DNA of 25,339 nt from a bacterium. GTDB taxonomy: Bacteria > Zhuqueibacterota > Zhuqueibacteria > Oceanimicrobiales > Oceanimicrobiaceae. A program made the position numbers and the translations under genes. The stretch spans positions 1 through 25,339 of the forward strand of contig JBHHYI010000049.1 of the NCBI GenBank assembly GCA_046757525.1, given 5' to 3'. Under the pieces are notes generated by a model. The model searched no databases. It was not told the DNA's origin and saw only the letters and a program-made list of their open reading frames with translations. Positions 1-7,985 of this stretch are shown piece by piece; within the stretch, counting starts at the first letter, position 1, and the number at the start of each line of letters is the position of its first letter.

Positions 1-36
1 AATCTGCGGTATTTTGCCTTTGTAAGAGTATTTCAT
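1..36 (-). CDS. 5' end of a gene running off the window edge, possibly gamma-carbonic-anhydrase/YrdA-like hexapeptide protein
   Basis: ATG at 36 gives MKYSYKGKIPQI, resembling the usual N-terminus of gamma-CA family proteins (MIYxFKGKxPxI). An in-frame TAA lies 6 codons upstream. Only 12 codons are visible. Confidence 0.45.
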   Translation of the reverse strand, partial: MKYSYKGKIPQI

Positions 37-296
37 GTTAACGGAAACTGTTTAATCTTTAGAAGCAAACGACGACCAGCAGGTCGTCTTATTTGTCAGA
101 AACGAACAAGGAGCGGTTCCAAAGAGCTCAAGCAGTCCGGTGGAACCGGATTGCTTTAACGTCGGAAATGTTGGCGTTTGTCTGAGAATAGCCAATTTGT
201 AAACAAAACAATGGAAGACAAAATAATTATAGTCATGACTATTACGGAGCTTTTAATCATTTTGCCGAAAAATTATTCTGCCTTTGAAAATGAGAG

Positions 297-398
297 CGTT
301 TCTTAGAACCACTGTGCACGCTTTAGGTGCTATTACATGAAAAAAATGCCCTCGCATCGAAACGATTGCCTTACGTACAAAAAAGCGTTTCCTAAAAG
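297..398. repeat. Imperfect ~103-bp direct repeat, copy 1
   Basis: Aligns by hand to 564-666 at about 83/103 identity with one gap (CGTTTCTyAGAA...GTGCAC...TTACATGAAA...TTACGTACAA...GCGTTTCCyAAAAG). Confidence 0.9.
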
Positions 399-410
399 GC
401 CAAGTTGCGA

Positions 411-517
411 GTCATCCCGAGTAGGTCACTGCTTCTCAAGTGACCGTATCGAGGGGTGACGGGCGTCGCCCTTCGATACGTCCCGACCCAAAAACGGTCG
501 GGACTACTCAGGACGAC
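411..517. repeat. REP-like four-way (cruciform) palindromic element
   Basis: Outer stem GTCATCCCGAGTAG 411-424 / CTACTCAGGACGAC 504-517. Inner arms GTCACT 425-430 / AGTGAC 439-444, CGTATCGAGGGGTGAC 445-460 / GTCGCCCTTCGATACG 465-480, and TCCCGACC 481-488 / GGTCGGGA 496-503. Confidence 0.85.
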
Positions 518-563
518 TACCAGTCCGCTCAAAAAAAACAACTGTCATCCCGCTCAAGAGCAA

Positions 564-666
564 CGTTTCTCAGAAGCTCCGTGCACCCTTTGCGTCCTTT
601 TACATGAAAGAACTGCCATCGCAAACGAGACGTTTGCGTTACGTACAACAAGGCGTTTCCCAAAAG
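564..666. repeat. Imperfect ~103-bp direct repeat, copy 2
   Basis: Matches 297-398 and contains the hairpin GCAAACG-AGA-CGTTTGC. Confidence 0.9.
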
Positions 667-713
667 AAACAAATCCTCGTAAATCCGTTCAATTTGTAAA
701 ATCCGTGGGCCAT

Positions 714-1679
714 TTATTGCGCGCTTTGCTGCGTTGGGTTGTTAGCAATCTTGACCGCCCGCACAATAGATTCGGCAACCAACTCCGCCGCGGCCGTGCC
801 CAGGGACATGAGATCGCACTTTTTGTCACCCCCACCCACAGAGAGGCAAAAGACGACGTCACCGTCAAACGGGGTGTGAGCAGGTCGAATAACCCGACCC
901 AGACCGTCCTGAGCCATCTGAGCGACCTTAATCGCCTCTTCTTTATTCAGGGAAGCATCGGTGGCGACGACGGCCAATGTGGTGTTGTTCAATGATTGCA
1001 ACGGCTGCACAGAGTGCTGCACTAAATATTTCTCTGTGTTGACGAATTCCCCGGTTTGCGGATCTAAAGCTCCGGCTAAAATCGCGCCGGTTTTCGGGTC
1101 GACAACGTCGCCGAGGGCATTCACCACCACCAGGGCACCAACGGTGACTCCGTGCACGCTGAGCGAAGTTGTGCCAATTCCCCCTGACATACAATGTTCC
1201 TGGCCCAATATTTTCCCGACGGTGGCACCGGTACCGGCGCCGACGCTACCTTCCTGAACGCCTTTTGATTGCGTAGAGGCGGCTGCCTCATACCCCATTT
1301 TTTTGTCTGGTCGAATTCTAAAATCGCCTTCGCGCAGATCAAAAATGACAGCCGCTGGCACAATGGGCACTTTCGTCACGCCGACGTCATAGCCGATGTT
1401 GCGCTCCTCCAAATATCGCTGCACGCCCCCCGCAGCGTCCAAACCGAATGCACTGCCGCCAGTCAACAAAAGGCCATGGATTCCGGGCACCAACCGCACC
1501 GGTTTCAAGGTTTCCACTTCACGCGTTCCTGGCGCGGAGCCTCGAATGTCGATCCCTCCCACCGCTTCAGTTTCAGGCAGAACGACCGTGCAACCGGTTT
1601 TAGCCGTTTCATTTTGAGCATGACCGACCCGAATACCCGGAACATCGCAAATGGATTTGCTCGCAGAAGCTGACGTCAC
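714..1679 (-). CDS. P1 family (DmpA/NylC-like, peptidase S58) self-cleaving hydrolase
   Basis: Motifs ICDVPGIRVGH, TGCTV, GSAPGTRE, LTGGSAFGL, VPIVPAAVIFDL, EGSVGAGTGAT, VNALGDV, NTTLAVVATDA (Asn/Thr autocleavage site) and PAHTPFDGD. The GTG start overlaps the upstream TGA (GTGA 1676-1679). Confidence 0.92.
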   Translation of the reverse strand: MTSASASKSICDVPGIRVGHAQNETAKTGCTVVLPETEAVGGIDIRGSAPGTREVETLKPVRLVPGIHGLLLTGGSAFGLDAAGGVQRYLEERNIGYDVGVTKVPIVPAAVIFDLREGDFRIRPDKKMGYEAAASTQSKGVQEGSVGAGTGATVGKILGQEHCMSGGIGTTSLSVHGVTVGALVVVNALGDVVDPKTGAILAGALDPQTGEFVNTEKYLVQHSVQPLQSLNNTTLAVVATDASLNKEEAIKVAQMAQDGLGRVIRPAHTPFDGDVVFCLSVGGGDKKCDLMSLGTAAAELVAESIVRAVKIANNPTQQSAQ

Positions 1680-2839
1680 GATTTGGGATTCCTGATTTCG
1701 TTGCCTTTGAAGAATTGCAATCTTTTTACCAGCGGGACTTTTTTGGAAGGAACCTCGACGATAAAACTGCTATCGTTGAAGAAGAAAAGGTCGCCAATTA
1801 CCAGGCCTATGGAACGTCGCAGCGGTTTCCAATTCTCCCTGTAAGCCTGAGAGTCAACTTTGGTACCCTCTCTGCCCTTGGAAACCAGACGCACCCGTTG
1901 GGGATACTCTCGGTTGATCATGAAAGGTGAATGGGTGGTAAAAATGAGTTGATTCTTGATAGCCAGATCCTCCATCACTTTGGTCAGATCCTTTTGACCT
2001 GCGGGATGTAGATGAATGCCTGGCTCGTCAAACAAGAAAATGTATTCGTTCGATCGGGCTTCAAACGTTTGCGCGATAAAATTGATGTAAAATGACAAAT
2101 ACCAGCGGAATCCCAGGCTTCTGGACTCGGGGGTGTCGAACACCGTCGTGCCGTCTGAGATGTCGATGTACAAGACGTTGCCATTTACATTGAGCTTGAT
2201 TTCGATGGTGGGCTCTTGTGACCACACCCGCCGGATCTGTTGGGTTATTAACTTGCTGGCTTCTTGACTGGCCCGCCGCCCCCGGGTTGAGTCCTCAAAA
2301 ATCAAATCGAAGTTGTTTTGCAGGCCGCCAATTTTGAGCAGGTTCCGCTCTGTTGAGTTGCCATTATTGCTGTCCATCAGAGAATCGAGTTCCACGCGAC
2401 TCTTAATTAGCGAGATGTTATCGAAGTATAGAAGCTTCGGCAAATAGTCCAGCAATCTTTTGATGTTACGAACCTGGATTTCCTCGTTCTTGACGAAAAC
2501 ATGATAATCGCTGAGTTCTGCCCCTTCTTTGCGCACCGAGAAACTCTCGGCATCCTTGAAAGCCTCTGCCAGAGGAATCAGATTGCGCCTGTTTTCACGA
2601 GAAAGCTGCACGAATTCTAACGTGACCTCCGGGCACTTGCCCTGATAGTAGTAGTCTGAATACTGACAGGTTAAACTGTTGGTGTATTTCGCCGAAGGCT
2701 TAAAGGCTTCAATGGCGCGCAAAATATTGGTCTTGCCGCTTTCGTTGGCCCCAATAAACACGGAAACTTTCGGGTCAACGGGCAAGGCTAACTCAAATAT
2801 TGATCGAAATGCCTTAATCAATACCCTTGATACTAACAT
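1676..2839 (-). CDS. OLD/YbjD-family ABC-type ATPase (AAA_15-like) lacking the Toprim nuclease domain, 387 aa
   Basis: N-terminal IKAFRSI, Walker A GANESGKT, RSLGFRWYLSF signature region, Walker B FLFDEPGIHLHP and H-loop TTHSPFMI. Start moved from 2920 to ATG 2839 (RBS GAGGGG), because a promoter lies within the extra N-terminal codons. Confidence 0.85.
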   Translation of the reverse strand: MLVSRVLIKAFRSIFELALPVDPKVSVFIGANESGKTNILRAIEAFKPSAKYTNSLTCQYSDYYYQGKCPEVTLEFVQLSRENRRNLIPLAEAFKDAESFSVRKEGAELSDYHVFVKNEEIQVRNIKRLLDYLPKLLYFDNISLIKSRVELDSLMDSNNGNSTERNLLKIGGLQNNFDLIFEDSTRGRRASQEASKLITQQIRRVWSQEPTIEIKLNVNGNVLYIDISDGTTVFDTPESRSLGFRWYLSFYINFIAQTFEARSNEYIFLFDEPGIHLHPAGQKDLTKVMEDLAIKNQLIFTTHSPFMINREYPQRVRLVSKGREGTKVDSQAYRENWKPLRRSIGLVIGDLFFFNDSSFIVEVPSKKVPLVKRLQFFKGNEIRNPKS

Positions 2840-2909
2840 CTCTTCCCCTCTAATTAGGAAAATGGCGAGGAAATCAAAACAGGCATCGCTAAGAAACATC
2901 CAGAGGTTT

Positions 2910-2938
2910 AATATAACCACGCCAATAAATCAAGTCAA
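2910..2938 (-). promoter_or_regulatory. sigma70-type promoter for the ATPase-peptidase pair
   Basis: TTGACT (2938-2933), 17-nt spacer, TATATT (2915-2910), about 70 nt upstream of ATG 2839. Confidence 0.7.
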
Positions 2939-2963
2939 GAAAATTTTTTCTTTCTTGCCATAT

Positions 2964-2999
2964 TAAAAAACCCGAAGACAAATTTCATCTTCGGGTTTT
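2964..2999 (-). terminator. Intrinsic terminator after clpC
   Basis: Perfect 12-bp inverted repeat AAAACCCGAAGA 2967-2978 / TCTTCGGGTTTT 2988-2999, ending in a U6 tract on the minus strand, about 27 nt after the clpC stop. Confidence 0.9.
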
Positions 3000-3025
3000 C
3001 AAGCGCTGTGGATTTTTTTGTTTGA

Positions 3026-5506
3026 TTAACCTTCGACCTCTTCAGCCTTTGGTTTCTGTTTGTTGTGGTTCACCCTGCTTTTCTTGCGGGCGACTTCGGT
3101 GAATTCAAGTTTGTCGCCCTTTTTCTTCACCAGAATGCTGCTGCCGTCTGAGAATCTGCCTTTGAGGATTTCCTCAGCAATAGGATCCTCGACCAACTTT
3201 TGAATCGTCCTTTTCAGGGGTCTGGCGCCATACACCGGGTCAAATCCGTGCTCTGCAATATACTCTTTCGCGCCTTTGGTCAGCTCTATGTCGATTTCCC
3301 GGTCTTGAACTTTGTCCAGCATTTCCTGGATAACGATATCGACAATTTCAATCATGTTTTGTTTAGTCAATGAACGAAATACCACGATTTCATCCACACG
3401 GTTGATAAATTCAGGATTAAACAAACGCTTCACTTCTTCCAGAATTTTATCCCGCATAGATTCGTAATCGATATCATCCCCGACGGCTGAAAAACCGAAT
3501 CCTCCACCCTTTCTGATTTCTCTGGCTCCTATGTTCGAAGTCATAATTAGAATAGTATTCTTGAAATCAACCTTGCGTCCCAACCCATCTGTCAAAACCC
3601 CATCATCCAGAATCTGCAAGAGAATGTTAAACACGTCCGGATGCGCCTTTTCGATCTCATCGAACAACACCACCGAATACGGGTGTCGCCGAACTTTTTC
3701 AGTCAATTGCCCGCCCTCTTCATATCCGACGTATCCGGGCGGGGCGCCTGTCAATCGAGATACGGAGAACTTTTCCATAAACTCCGACATATCGATTCTG
3801 ATCAGAGCATCCTCATCCTCAAACAGGTAGCGGGCTAACACCTTGGCGAGCTGGGTTTTGCCGACCCCGGTGGGACCCAAAAATATAAAAGAACCGATGG
3901 GTTTGTTGGGGTCTTTCAGCCCGGCTCTCGTTCTTCTGATGGCTTTACTCAGCAGACGCAGGGCTTCGTCCTGCCCAACAATGTCGTTTTTCAGTTCTCC
4001 CTCCATGGCCAGAATCTTTTCCGATTCAGACTGAGCCACCTTTTTCACGGGAATACCCGTCATCATGGAGACGACCTCGGCCACATCGTCCTCGGTTACG
4101 GTTGCCACAAAATCATTTTCAGTCTCTTTCCAGCGGCGCTTGGCAGTGTCTAACTTGCGGTTCAATCTCTTTTCCTGATCTCGCAAAACCGCTGCTCTTT
4201 CGAATTCTTGCGCCTTGATCACGGAATCTTTTTCCCTCCGAACCTTCTTGATTTCTTCCTCCAGGTCTGTAATCTCCTTCGGCACCACGATGTTGGCCAA
4301 GTGAACACGTGCGCCTGTTTCATCCAAAACATCGATGGCTTTGTCCGGGAAGTACCTATCGGTCAAGTATCTTTCCGAATACTTAACCGTGGCCTTGATG
4401 GCATTGTCGTCATATTTCACTTTGTGGTGGGCTTCATAGCGATCTTGCAATCCCTTCAAGATCAGCAGAGTTTCTTCTGTAGACGGGGGATCGACCATGA
4501 CCTTTTGGAACCGCCTCTCGAGGGCCCCATCCTTTTCAATGTACTGGCGATACTCATCCAGGGTGGTGGCACCAATGCATTGCAGCTCTCCGCGCGACAG
4601 GGCAGGTTTGAACATGTTGGAAGCATCCAGCGAACCCGAAGCGCCCCCGGCGCCCACTATGGTGTGCAGCTCATCTATGAACAAGATCACATCCTTGGCC
4701 CGGTAAAGTTCATTCATGATTGCCTTCATGCGTTCTTCGAACTGGCCTCGGTACTTGGTGCCGGCCACAATGGCACCCAGATCCAAGGTAACCACGCGCT
4801 TGTTATGCAAAATCCGTGGTACCTGGCGCTCAATAATTCTCAGGCCCAGGCCCTCGGCAATAGCTGTTTTCCCAACGCCCGGCTCGCCGATAAGAACCGG
4901 ATTGTTTTTCTTTCTCCGACTCAGAATTTGAGCAACGCGCTGAATTTCATTGTCGCGTCCGATGATGGGATCTAATTCGCCTTTGCGAGCAAGCTCGGTT
5001 AAATCGCGGCCAAAATGATCTAACGCTGGCGTTTTAGACTTCTGCGGCCCGCTTTCGCGGCTTGAAGGGGCCCCACGCAATATGTTTTCCAGCTCTTCTC
5101 GAACGGTGTCGTAAGTCACGTCAAAACTCAGCAGCACCTGTGCAGCCACGCCGTCCTTTTCTTTCACCAAAGCCAGGAGCAAGTGCTCCGTGCCGATAAT
5201 GTCAGACTTGTATTTTTCGGCTTCGACGTAGGCCATCTTCAAAATCTTCTCAGCTCTCTTGGTAAACGGTATGTTGCCAATAGTCATGGTTTCGCCCGAG
5301 GATTTCACCGAATCTTCGACAGATCGTTTTAGCTCATCCAAGTCACAACCTAAATTGCGCAAAATCTCGACGGCAATCCCCTCACCTTCCCGGACCAATC
5401 CAAGCAAAAGGTGTTCAGTGCCGATGTAGTCGTGACCCAAGCGCAACGCCTCTTCGCGTGAGAACTGGATTACCATTTGTACTCGACTGGAAAAGTTATT
5501 TTTCAT
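3026..5506 (-). CDS. clpC: ATP-dependent Clp protease ATP-binding subunit ClpC
   Basis: Two Clp_N repeats (GTEHLLL twice), Walker A GEPGVGKT and [11 protein letters not shown] middle domain ([11 protein letters not shown]), pore loop GYVG and ClpP-docking GFGF loop. Lies downstream of mcsAB. Confidence 0.97.
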   Translation of the reverse strand: MKNNFSSRVQMVIQFSREEALRLGHDYIGTEHLLLGLVREGEGIAVEILRNLGCDLDELKRSVEDSVKSSGETMTIGNIPFTKRAEKILKMAYVEAEKYKSDIIGTEHLLLALVKEKDGVAAQVLLSFDVTYDTVREELENILRGAPSSRESGPQKSKTPALDHFGRDLTELARKGELDPIIGRDNEIQRVAQILSRRKKNNPVLIGEPGVGKTAIAEGLGLRIIERQVPRILHNKRVVTLDLGAIVAGTKYRGQFEERMKAIMNELYRAKDVILFIDELHTIVGAGGASGSLDASNMFKPALSRGELQCIGATTLDEYRQYIEKDGALERRFQKVMVDPPSTEETLLILKGLQDRYEAHHKVKYDDNAIKATVKYSERYLTDRYFPDKAIDVLDETGARVHLANIVVPKEITDLEEEIKKVRREKDSVIKAQEFERAAVLRDQEKRLNRKLDTAKRRWKETENDFVATVTEDDVAEVVSMMTGIPVKKVAQSESEKILAMEGELKNDIVGQDEALRLLSKAIRRTRAGLKDPNKPIGSFIFLGPTGVGKTQLAKVLARYLFEDEDALIRIDMSEFMEKFSVSRLTGAPPGYVGYEEGGQLTEKVRRHPYSVVLFDEIEKAHPDVFNILLQILDDGVLTDGLGRKVDFKNTILIMTSNIGAREIRKGGGFGFSAVGDDIDYESMRDKILEEVKRLFNPEFINRVDEIVVFRSLTKQNMIEIVDIVIQEMLDKVQDREIDIELTKGAKEYIAEHGFDPVYGARPLKRTIQKLVEDPIAEEILKGRFSDGSSILVKKKGDKLEFTEVARKKSRVNHNKQKPKAEEVEG

Positions 5507-5645
5507 CTTTGTGGCTCCACATCTTTAAAAGTGCGAGATTACTCAAAAGGTCTATAATTCGAACAGTGCGGTCGGCGGATTTCTTCCATGAAAAATCGTT
5601 CCTTACTTAGCTAACGCCTCCGCAATCCATAAAGTTTCTACGTCA

Positions 5646-6752
5646 TTATATTTGTAAGAATTCTCGAATAAACTTGGCTCGAAATTCGTCTCTTTCTACT
5701 GAATTCAATTTCTTGTTCGCGATTTTCTGCAAATGAGCTGGTTGCACCAGCACCATCAGTTTGTTCAACGACTTAGAGCTAATTTTGTCGATGAGACCCA
5801 GACCCAACCCTAACCTCACCCTGGACAACAACTTCATCGACTCCAAGGAAGATATCATCCTGGCATATTTCAGCACGCCCACTGCACGAAATACCTCGTC
5901 TTCCAGTTTGATTCTATCTTCCTGGAGCAGTTTGGCCCGTGCTTGTTGCTCCAGTTCCACGAGTCTCTTGGCAATCGTTTCCATCCTGTCCAACACCTGC
6001 GTTTCCATATTGCCCAGGGTCAGTTGATTGGAAATCTGGAAGATGTCGCCGACCGGCTCCGTTCCTTCACCATAAAAGCCGCGCACTGCGATTTCCCAAT
6101 CTGGCAATTTGTCCAGAAAAGAGTTGATTTCAACCTTCAAGCTCAATGCCGGCAGATGAACAAAAACCGACACGCGCATGCCGGTGCCCGTGTTCGTTGG
6201 ACAGGAAGTCAAATAGCCGAATTGATTGGAATAACAAAACTCCAGTTTTTCCTCTAATTCGTCATCCACAGCCGAAATGAGCCGCCAGGCCCCTCTCATG
6301 TCCATCCCGGGTGCTAAACACTGGATTCGCAAGTGGTCTTCTTCATTCACCATGATGCTCAAGTTTCCGGCATACCGGACCACAAGCAAAGTCGGATGAT
6401 TGCTTTCTATTAACCGCGGACTGGCCAATCTTCTTTCAACCAGAAACTTTTTGTCCCATTCGGTGAGATGTTCTAACTCTATGACTTTCGCATCTCCCAG
6501 GGTCTTGCAGTTAGAACAGGCCTCCTTTACCCTTTCGACGACCCCTTTGAATTCCTTTGTTGAAGCGCGGTTAGGAAAAAGAAAGCCGTTCAGGTTGCGC
6601 GCCAGACGTATTCGAGAAGAAAAGATGATGTCGGAATGCGCGCCCTCCTGTGCCAGCCACGACCCATACTCATTTTGCAATTCCTGGAGGACCTCCGGGG
6701 AGGAACGGTGGGTCAGGCCTGCCACCGGTGTTTTTCTACCGCCCCGACTCAT
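5646..6752 (-). CDS. mcsB: Protein arginine kinase McsB
   Basis: Phosphagen-kinase motifs SSRIRLARNL, MVNEEDHLRIQ, GYLTSCPTNTGTGMR, VRGFYGEG and FQISNQLTLG. ATGA overlap with mcsA; the exact start is uncertain. Confidence 0.95.
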   Translation of the reverse strand: MSRGGRKTPVAGLTHRSSPEVLQELQNEYGSWLAQEGAHSDIIFSSRIRLARNLNGFLFPNRASTKEFKGVVERVKEACSNCKTLGDAKVIELEHLTEWDKKFLVERRLASPRLIESNHPTLLVVRYAGNLSIMVNEEDHLRIQCLAPGMDMRGAWRLISAVDDELEEKLEFCYSNQFGYLTSCPTNTGTGMRVSVFVHLPALSLKVEINSFLDKLPDWEIAVRGFYGEGTEPVGDIFQISNQLTLGNMETQVLDRMETIAKRLVELEQQARAKLLQEDRIKLEDEVFRAVGVLKYARMISSLESMKLLSRVRLGLGLGLIDKISSKSLNKLMVLVQPAHLQKIANKKLNSVERDEFRAKFIREFLQI

Positions 6753-7276
6753 CTCAAAATCCCATCACGGTCCGTTTTCTCCCTTAGCCGCTGGGCATCT
6801 CGGATCATATCTCTCAATTCAGCGGCTCTTTCAAAATTCTGACTTTCCACCGCTTTTTGTAATTCCGCCTTAGCGTGTTCCATTTCCGTAACCGATAGAA
6901 AATGCCGATGTGACTTGGGACGGCTCCCTATATGTTTGTTGCTGCCATGAATTCTCTTGAGCACCAGATTAATCTCATCATAAAAAGATTGGTAGCAAAA
7001 ATTACACCCAAGCAGACCAGTTTTTTGAAATTCGTCCCACGTTGAACCACATTTATGACACTTCTTCAAACTCCTCCCCGGGTGTTTTGTGTCAATTTCT
7101 GAACCCAACATGCCTTTCAAAAAATTACCAAAAAATTGCGGCAAGGTTGAGATTGAATTATCGAGTCCGTACTCTTCAACGCATATTTTGCACAGGTGCA
7201 AGGCCATTTTCCCCTTGTTGAACACCTGGGTGATTTTGACTTCTGATGGTCGCTTATGGCAGATCTGGCACAACAT
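6749..7276 (-). CDS. mcsA: McsB activator McsA (4x CxxC plus UVR domain)
   Basis: CQIC, CKIC, CHKC and CNFC motifs, RIHGSNKHIGSRP, and C-terminal UVR motif AVESQNFERAAELRD. Confidence 0.95.
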   Translation of the reverse strand: MLCQICHKRPSEVKITQVFNKGKMALHLCKICVEEYGLDNSISTLPQFFGNFLKGMLGSEIDTKHPGRSLKKCHKCGSTWDEFQKTGLLGCNFCYQSFYDEINLVLKRIHGSNKHIGSRPKSHRHFLSVTEMEHAKAELQKAVESQNFERAAELRDMIRDAQRLREKTDRDGILR

Positions 7277-7277
7277 G

Positions 7278-7973
7278 CTACACTATTTGATAGGTTTGTT
7301 CATTCTTGATACGACCATCAAGAATCTCTATGGACCGATCCGCTTGTCGGGCCAACTCAAGATTGTGCGTCACGATCAAGAACGTCTTACTATACTTTCG
7401 GCTCAGATGCCAAAGGAGTCGATGTAATGCTTGACTCGCTTCCAGGTCCAAATTGCCAGACGGTTCATCGGCCAACACGATGCTGGGATCGTTTAACAAA
7501 GCCCTGGCCACGGCGACCCTTTGCAATTCACCGCCAGACAGCTCTCCGGGTCTGTGATGCAAACGATGCTCCAAACCGACTTCTTTCAGCAGGGTTGCGG
7601 CTCTTTGCGAAACCTTGGTGTTCGGTTTCCGAGCTATAAGCCCGGGCATCATGACATTTTCAAGTGCTGTAAATTCTGGCAACAAATGGTGAAACTGAAA
7701 CACAAAGCCGATCGTTTGGTTTCTGAATTCGGCCAATTTTTTGTCATCGAAACGGAAAACGTCCGTTTGGTTGATTTCGATCGTGCCCTTGGTGGGCCGA
7801 TCCAACGTCCCCAGAATATGCAAGAGCGTGCTCTTACCTACGCCCGAAGGGCCGACGATTGAAACAATTTGGCCTTGCGTAACCTCTAAGTTAATTCCCT
7901 TCAAAACTCGAACCTTGCCGTTTCCCACAGGATAGCTCTTGTACAATTCATGCGCTACCAGAACGGGTTCCAT
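7278..7973 (-). CDS. lolD: Lipoprotein-releasing ABC transporter ATP-binding protein
   Basis: GPSGVGKST, GFVFQFHHLLPEFTALENV (LolD motif), LSGGE and LADEPSGNLD. Follows a LolC/E permease. Confidence 0.9.
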   Translation of the reverse strand: MEPVLVAHELYKSYPVGNGKVRVLKGINLEVTQGQIVSIVGPSGVGKSTLLHILGTLDRPTKGTIEINQTDVFRFDDKKLAEFRNQTIGFVFQFHHLLPEFTALENVMMPGLIARKPNTKVSQRAATLLKEVGLEHRLHHRPGELSGGELQRVAVARALLNDPSIVLADEPSGNLDLEASQALHRLLWHLSRKYSKTFLIVTHNLELARQADRSIEILDGRIKNEQTYQIV

Positions 7974-7985
7974 TGCAGTCCTTTC

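Noticed and set aside
575..620. c-di-GMP-I riboswitch-like GGACGCAAAG on the minus strand
   Set aside because: It lacks the GGCAAAC/GNRA P2 and the P3 elements, and the motif is not kept in the other repeat copy.
297..666. CRISPR array or integron attC interpretation of the repeats
   Set aside because: There are only two ~103-bp units, no 25-45-bp repeat/spacer periodicity, no cas or integrase gene, and no RYYYAAC/GTTRRRY ends.
456..995. 179-aa plus-strand ORF
   Set aside because: It runs through the palindrome and repeat and antisense to the peptidase, with no RBS or recognisable motif.
2840..2920. 27-aa N-terminal extension of the ATPase in the ORF track
   Set aside because: It overlaps the predicted promoter, and the family-typical start with RBS is at 2839.
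4208..4975. Long antisense ORFs (also 9890-10627, 18653-19381, 21373-22026 and others)
   Set aside because: These are shadow or alternate-frame ORFs over well-supported conserved genes, with no motifs of their own.
5507..5645. Possible regulatory element between mcsB and clpC
   Set aside because: No convincing promoter, CIRCE, CtsR box or hairpin was found by eye.
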